DNA of 64,000 bases, taken from contig CBDANZ010000005.1 of NCBI GenBank assembly GCA_965197865.1, positions 631,237 to 695,236 of the forward strand. Reading direction: 5' to 3'. The DNA comes from Vicinamibacterales bacterium (GTDB taxonomy: Bacteria > Acidobacteriota > Vicinamibacteria > Vicinamibacterales > CAVVIG01). Below are positions 61,679-64,000 of the stretch, in pieces. Position 1 is the stretch's first letter; each line of letters begins with the position of its first letter. Both the position numbers and the translations under genes were made by a program. Under the pieces are notes generated by a model. It did no database searches, was not told where the DNA came from, and saw only the letters and a program-made list of their open reading frames with translations.

Positions 61679-62472
61679 GTCGTTATCCTCTCAGCGAGGA
61701 GGAGGGCTCGCGCCCCATGCCGCCCGCCTCGAGGGGCGCGCCAATCTCATAGGGGACGCGGCGGGTGCCAGGGTCAGGGCCATAGGTCGTGAATGCTCGG
61801 ATCATACGGCTGGGGTGCCGAGAAAGGGCGGCTTTGAGGGGAGTGGTTCTTGTGGTGCTCTAGATGCCGAGAGCGTTTGTTTGTCGCCATGTGTCGCAAT
61901 CTAGATGGCTATCTAAGCGTCGAACCAAAGAGGCCTGAGCCGCTATACTCTCCGTTTATGGAGATGCGGCAGCTTGCTCATCGTTTCTCGTGGGGTCGAT
62001 AGCTGCGAGCCAACTGATGCCGTCTACTTCCAGAGTGGTTCGGCTGCTCGACTATGGACTCGCGTCGTCGCCGTCCCCGGAGGTGGCAGGCTTGTCCGAG
62101 AGAGAGGCTGCGAGACGGCTCGGCATCCCTCGATCTACCCTGCAGCGATGACTGGCCCAAAATCCCGGCAAGATCGCCCGCTGTAATCCTCCGCGAACCG
62201 GGCTTTTCTGACGGTCGATCAGGATGGCCCGGAATCACCGCTTTTCTGATACCCTGCTGCCGCGCCAGTGATGACGCAGAACGTCGTGCGTGTCCGCCTT
62301 CGAGGGTTCACCTTCGGCCGAGACTCCTGGCTCGACGGGGCTTCAGGGTCAGCGAGTTCGATCCGGCGAAGCTCTTGTCCGCTGCCGTAGTCGATCAGAC
62401 GCAGAAGCATCGAAAGCGACCGCCTGGCGAAGAGCGGAACATTTAGGAACAACGAAGGGTCGTCAGCGGATC

Positions 62473-63201
62473 GTGAGCGATAAACCGAAGTCGTCGATCT
62501 TCATCGAGGGCCGTTCGCGGACGAACGTGTCTCTGAATTTTCAAGGAAGAGCATTCGACGAGTTTGATCTCTATGCGGATGCCTACCTCGAAGCCGCGAA
62601 GGCCCTCTTCTAGAAGAACTTCGAGCCGTTCACGCATTCTTCCCTCGACATTCTGCCTATCGCCTTTCTTTATCGACACGCGACTGAACTTTATCTGAAA
62701 GCCATCGCACGAAAGGGCAATGCGCTGCTCTCGCTTCGTGGTAAGCCGCAGGGACGGATACAGCACGTTCACTCGCTCAGCCAACTGCTTGCCGACGTGA
62801 AGCCGATCTTCGAGTTCATGGGTCCGGTATGGGAGAAGCAGCATAAGGGATTCCGACAGCTTGTTGAGGATCTAGGAAAAGATAATGTGCTCGACATCAA
62901 CGATCAATCAGGTGACATGTGGCGATATCCGGTTCGCCGAGCCCGGAAAGGTGACGAAGAAGGATGGGATCATCTACCAGAGTATTTCAGCTTTGATGTG
63001 CGAGAGTTTGTGGCGCGACTCGACGTGTTGACCGGAACGTTGTCGAACGCGTGTGTGTATCTTGATATGGCGCTCGATCATGCTTACGAGCTACGCGCCG
63101 ACTACGACCCAACCCAGTTGGGCGTGCCCCGAGCGACCGCCCATCGGTGGCTCTCGCAGTCTCCAGGCGCGTTTCAGAAAACCTCGCCAGCTTTCGCTTA
63201 A
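62473..63201 (+). pseudogene. HEPN-like hypothetical gene interrupted by one in-frame TAG
   Basis: GTG 62473; TAG at 62611-62613; frame continues PIAFLYRHATELYLKA...HVHSLSQL...DQSGDMWRYP to 63201. Confidence 0.6.
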
Positions 63202-63398
63202 GCAGCTCGCCGAAAGACGCGGAAAACTGGGCCTCGTCCTGGGGCCCCTCGTGTTTCATCAATCAGTTGTTTTTTGGGACCGAGGAAGGCCGATCTGAGC
63301 GCATCTTACCCACGCATGACCCGTCGTTGCCTCTACCTGCGCTCACTCGATCATCGCAGTTCGTTCTTTGACACGCTGAGCACGTCGCTCGTTCATGC

Positions 63399-64000
63399 CT
63401 ACAGTGTCATGCCTGAGCTCGCGAGTCGCCCCTTACGCCATGCACGAGCTTTCATGATGTAGAAGATGACCGGCGTGATGATGAGGACGTGGATGGTCGA
63501 GGTAATCATCCCCCCGACGATGGGCGCCGCAATCGGCTTCATGACGTCCGAACCGATCCCCGTGCTCCACATGATCGGCAGCATGCCCGCCATCACGACG
63601 CTAACGGTCATCAGCTTCGGGCGAAGCCGGAGGACCGATCCGGCCACCGGCGCATTCCAGATGCCCTGCTGGGTGATCTCATCACCGCGTCGAAGCCGCT
63701 TGTCCAGGGCGTCGTGCAGGTACACGACCATTACGACACCCGTCTGCACGGCAACGCCATACAACGCGATGTACCCCACCCAGACGGCCACCGAGAAGTT
63801 GTAGCCAAGCCACCACTGCAGAATCACGCCACCGGTCATCGCGTAGACGACCGAGAGCATCACGATGACGGCCTCCGACACCGAATGGAACGTCAGGTAG
63901 AGCAGCATGAAGATGATGAAGAACACGATGGGGATCAGGATCTGCAGCCGCTTGCTCGCCCGGACCTGGAATTCGTACTGCCCAGTCCACTTCAGCGTGT
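63399..64000 (-). CDS. cusA: CusA/CzcA-family heavy-metal RND efflux permease (3' end; 5' part outside the window)
   Basis: WTGQYEFQVRA, SVAVWVGYIALYGVAVQTGVVMVVYL, RLRPKLMT, GSDVMKPIAAPIVGGM. Confidence 0.93.
   Translation of the reverse strand, partial: TLKWTGQYEFQVRASKRLQILIPIVFFIIFMLLYLTFHSVSEAVIVMLSVVYAMTGGVILQWWLGYNFSVAVWVGYIALYGVAVQTGVVMVVYLHDALDKRLRRGDEITQQGIWNAPVAGSVLRLRPKLMTVSVVMAGMLPIMWSTGIGSDVMKPIAAPIVGGMITSTIHVLIITPVIFYIMKARAWRKGRLASSGMTL

Noticed and set aside
32506-62613. Amber recoding or pyrrolysine read-through suggested by two in-frame TAGs (about 32507 and 62611)
   Set aside because: TAG is the normal stop of many intact genes here (modB, modC, both methyltransferase-region genes, TonB receptor), no pyl genes or suppressor tRNA are seen, and the 32417 gene also has a frameshift.

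Overview
GC-rich bacterial chromosome segment. Gene content and GTAG-type REP elements suggest Acidobacteriota (Vicinamibacteria-like), but this is an inference. The left part (1-42 kb) is mostly housekeeping and metabolism: the start of a his operon (hisI-G-D-C-B-H) under a His-rich leader peptide and attenuator, a TOBE regulator with modABC, ahcY, a bacillithiol cluster (bshB1-bshA) next to a large exported PIG-L deacetylase, purE, paired M16 peptidases, an SSS transporter, an M61 peptidase, two signal-peptide-bearing SAM methyltransferases, and an ABC permease/AttH-like hydratase cluster. The right part (43-64 kb) is a mosaic accessory region around tRNA-Gln(CTG), gltX and tRNA-Leu(TAA). 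It holds an integrase remnant, a 10.8-kb decayed island bounded by a duplicated 5' half of tRNA-Leu, a heme-c/PHM-like copper monooxygenase lipoprotein, a DUF5916-type protein with a recent 333-bp tandem duplication, a TonB-dependent receptor, a 158-bp MITE, an amber-interrupted HEPN-like gene and the 3' end of a CusA/CzcA pump. More than a dozen accessory genes are broken by frameshifts, stops or deletions while long core genes stay open, which suggests real genome erosion. No CRISPR array or rRNA was seen.
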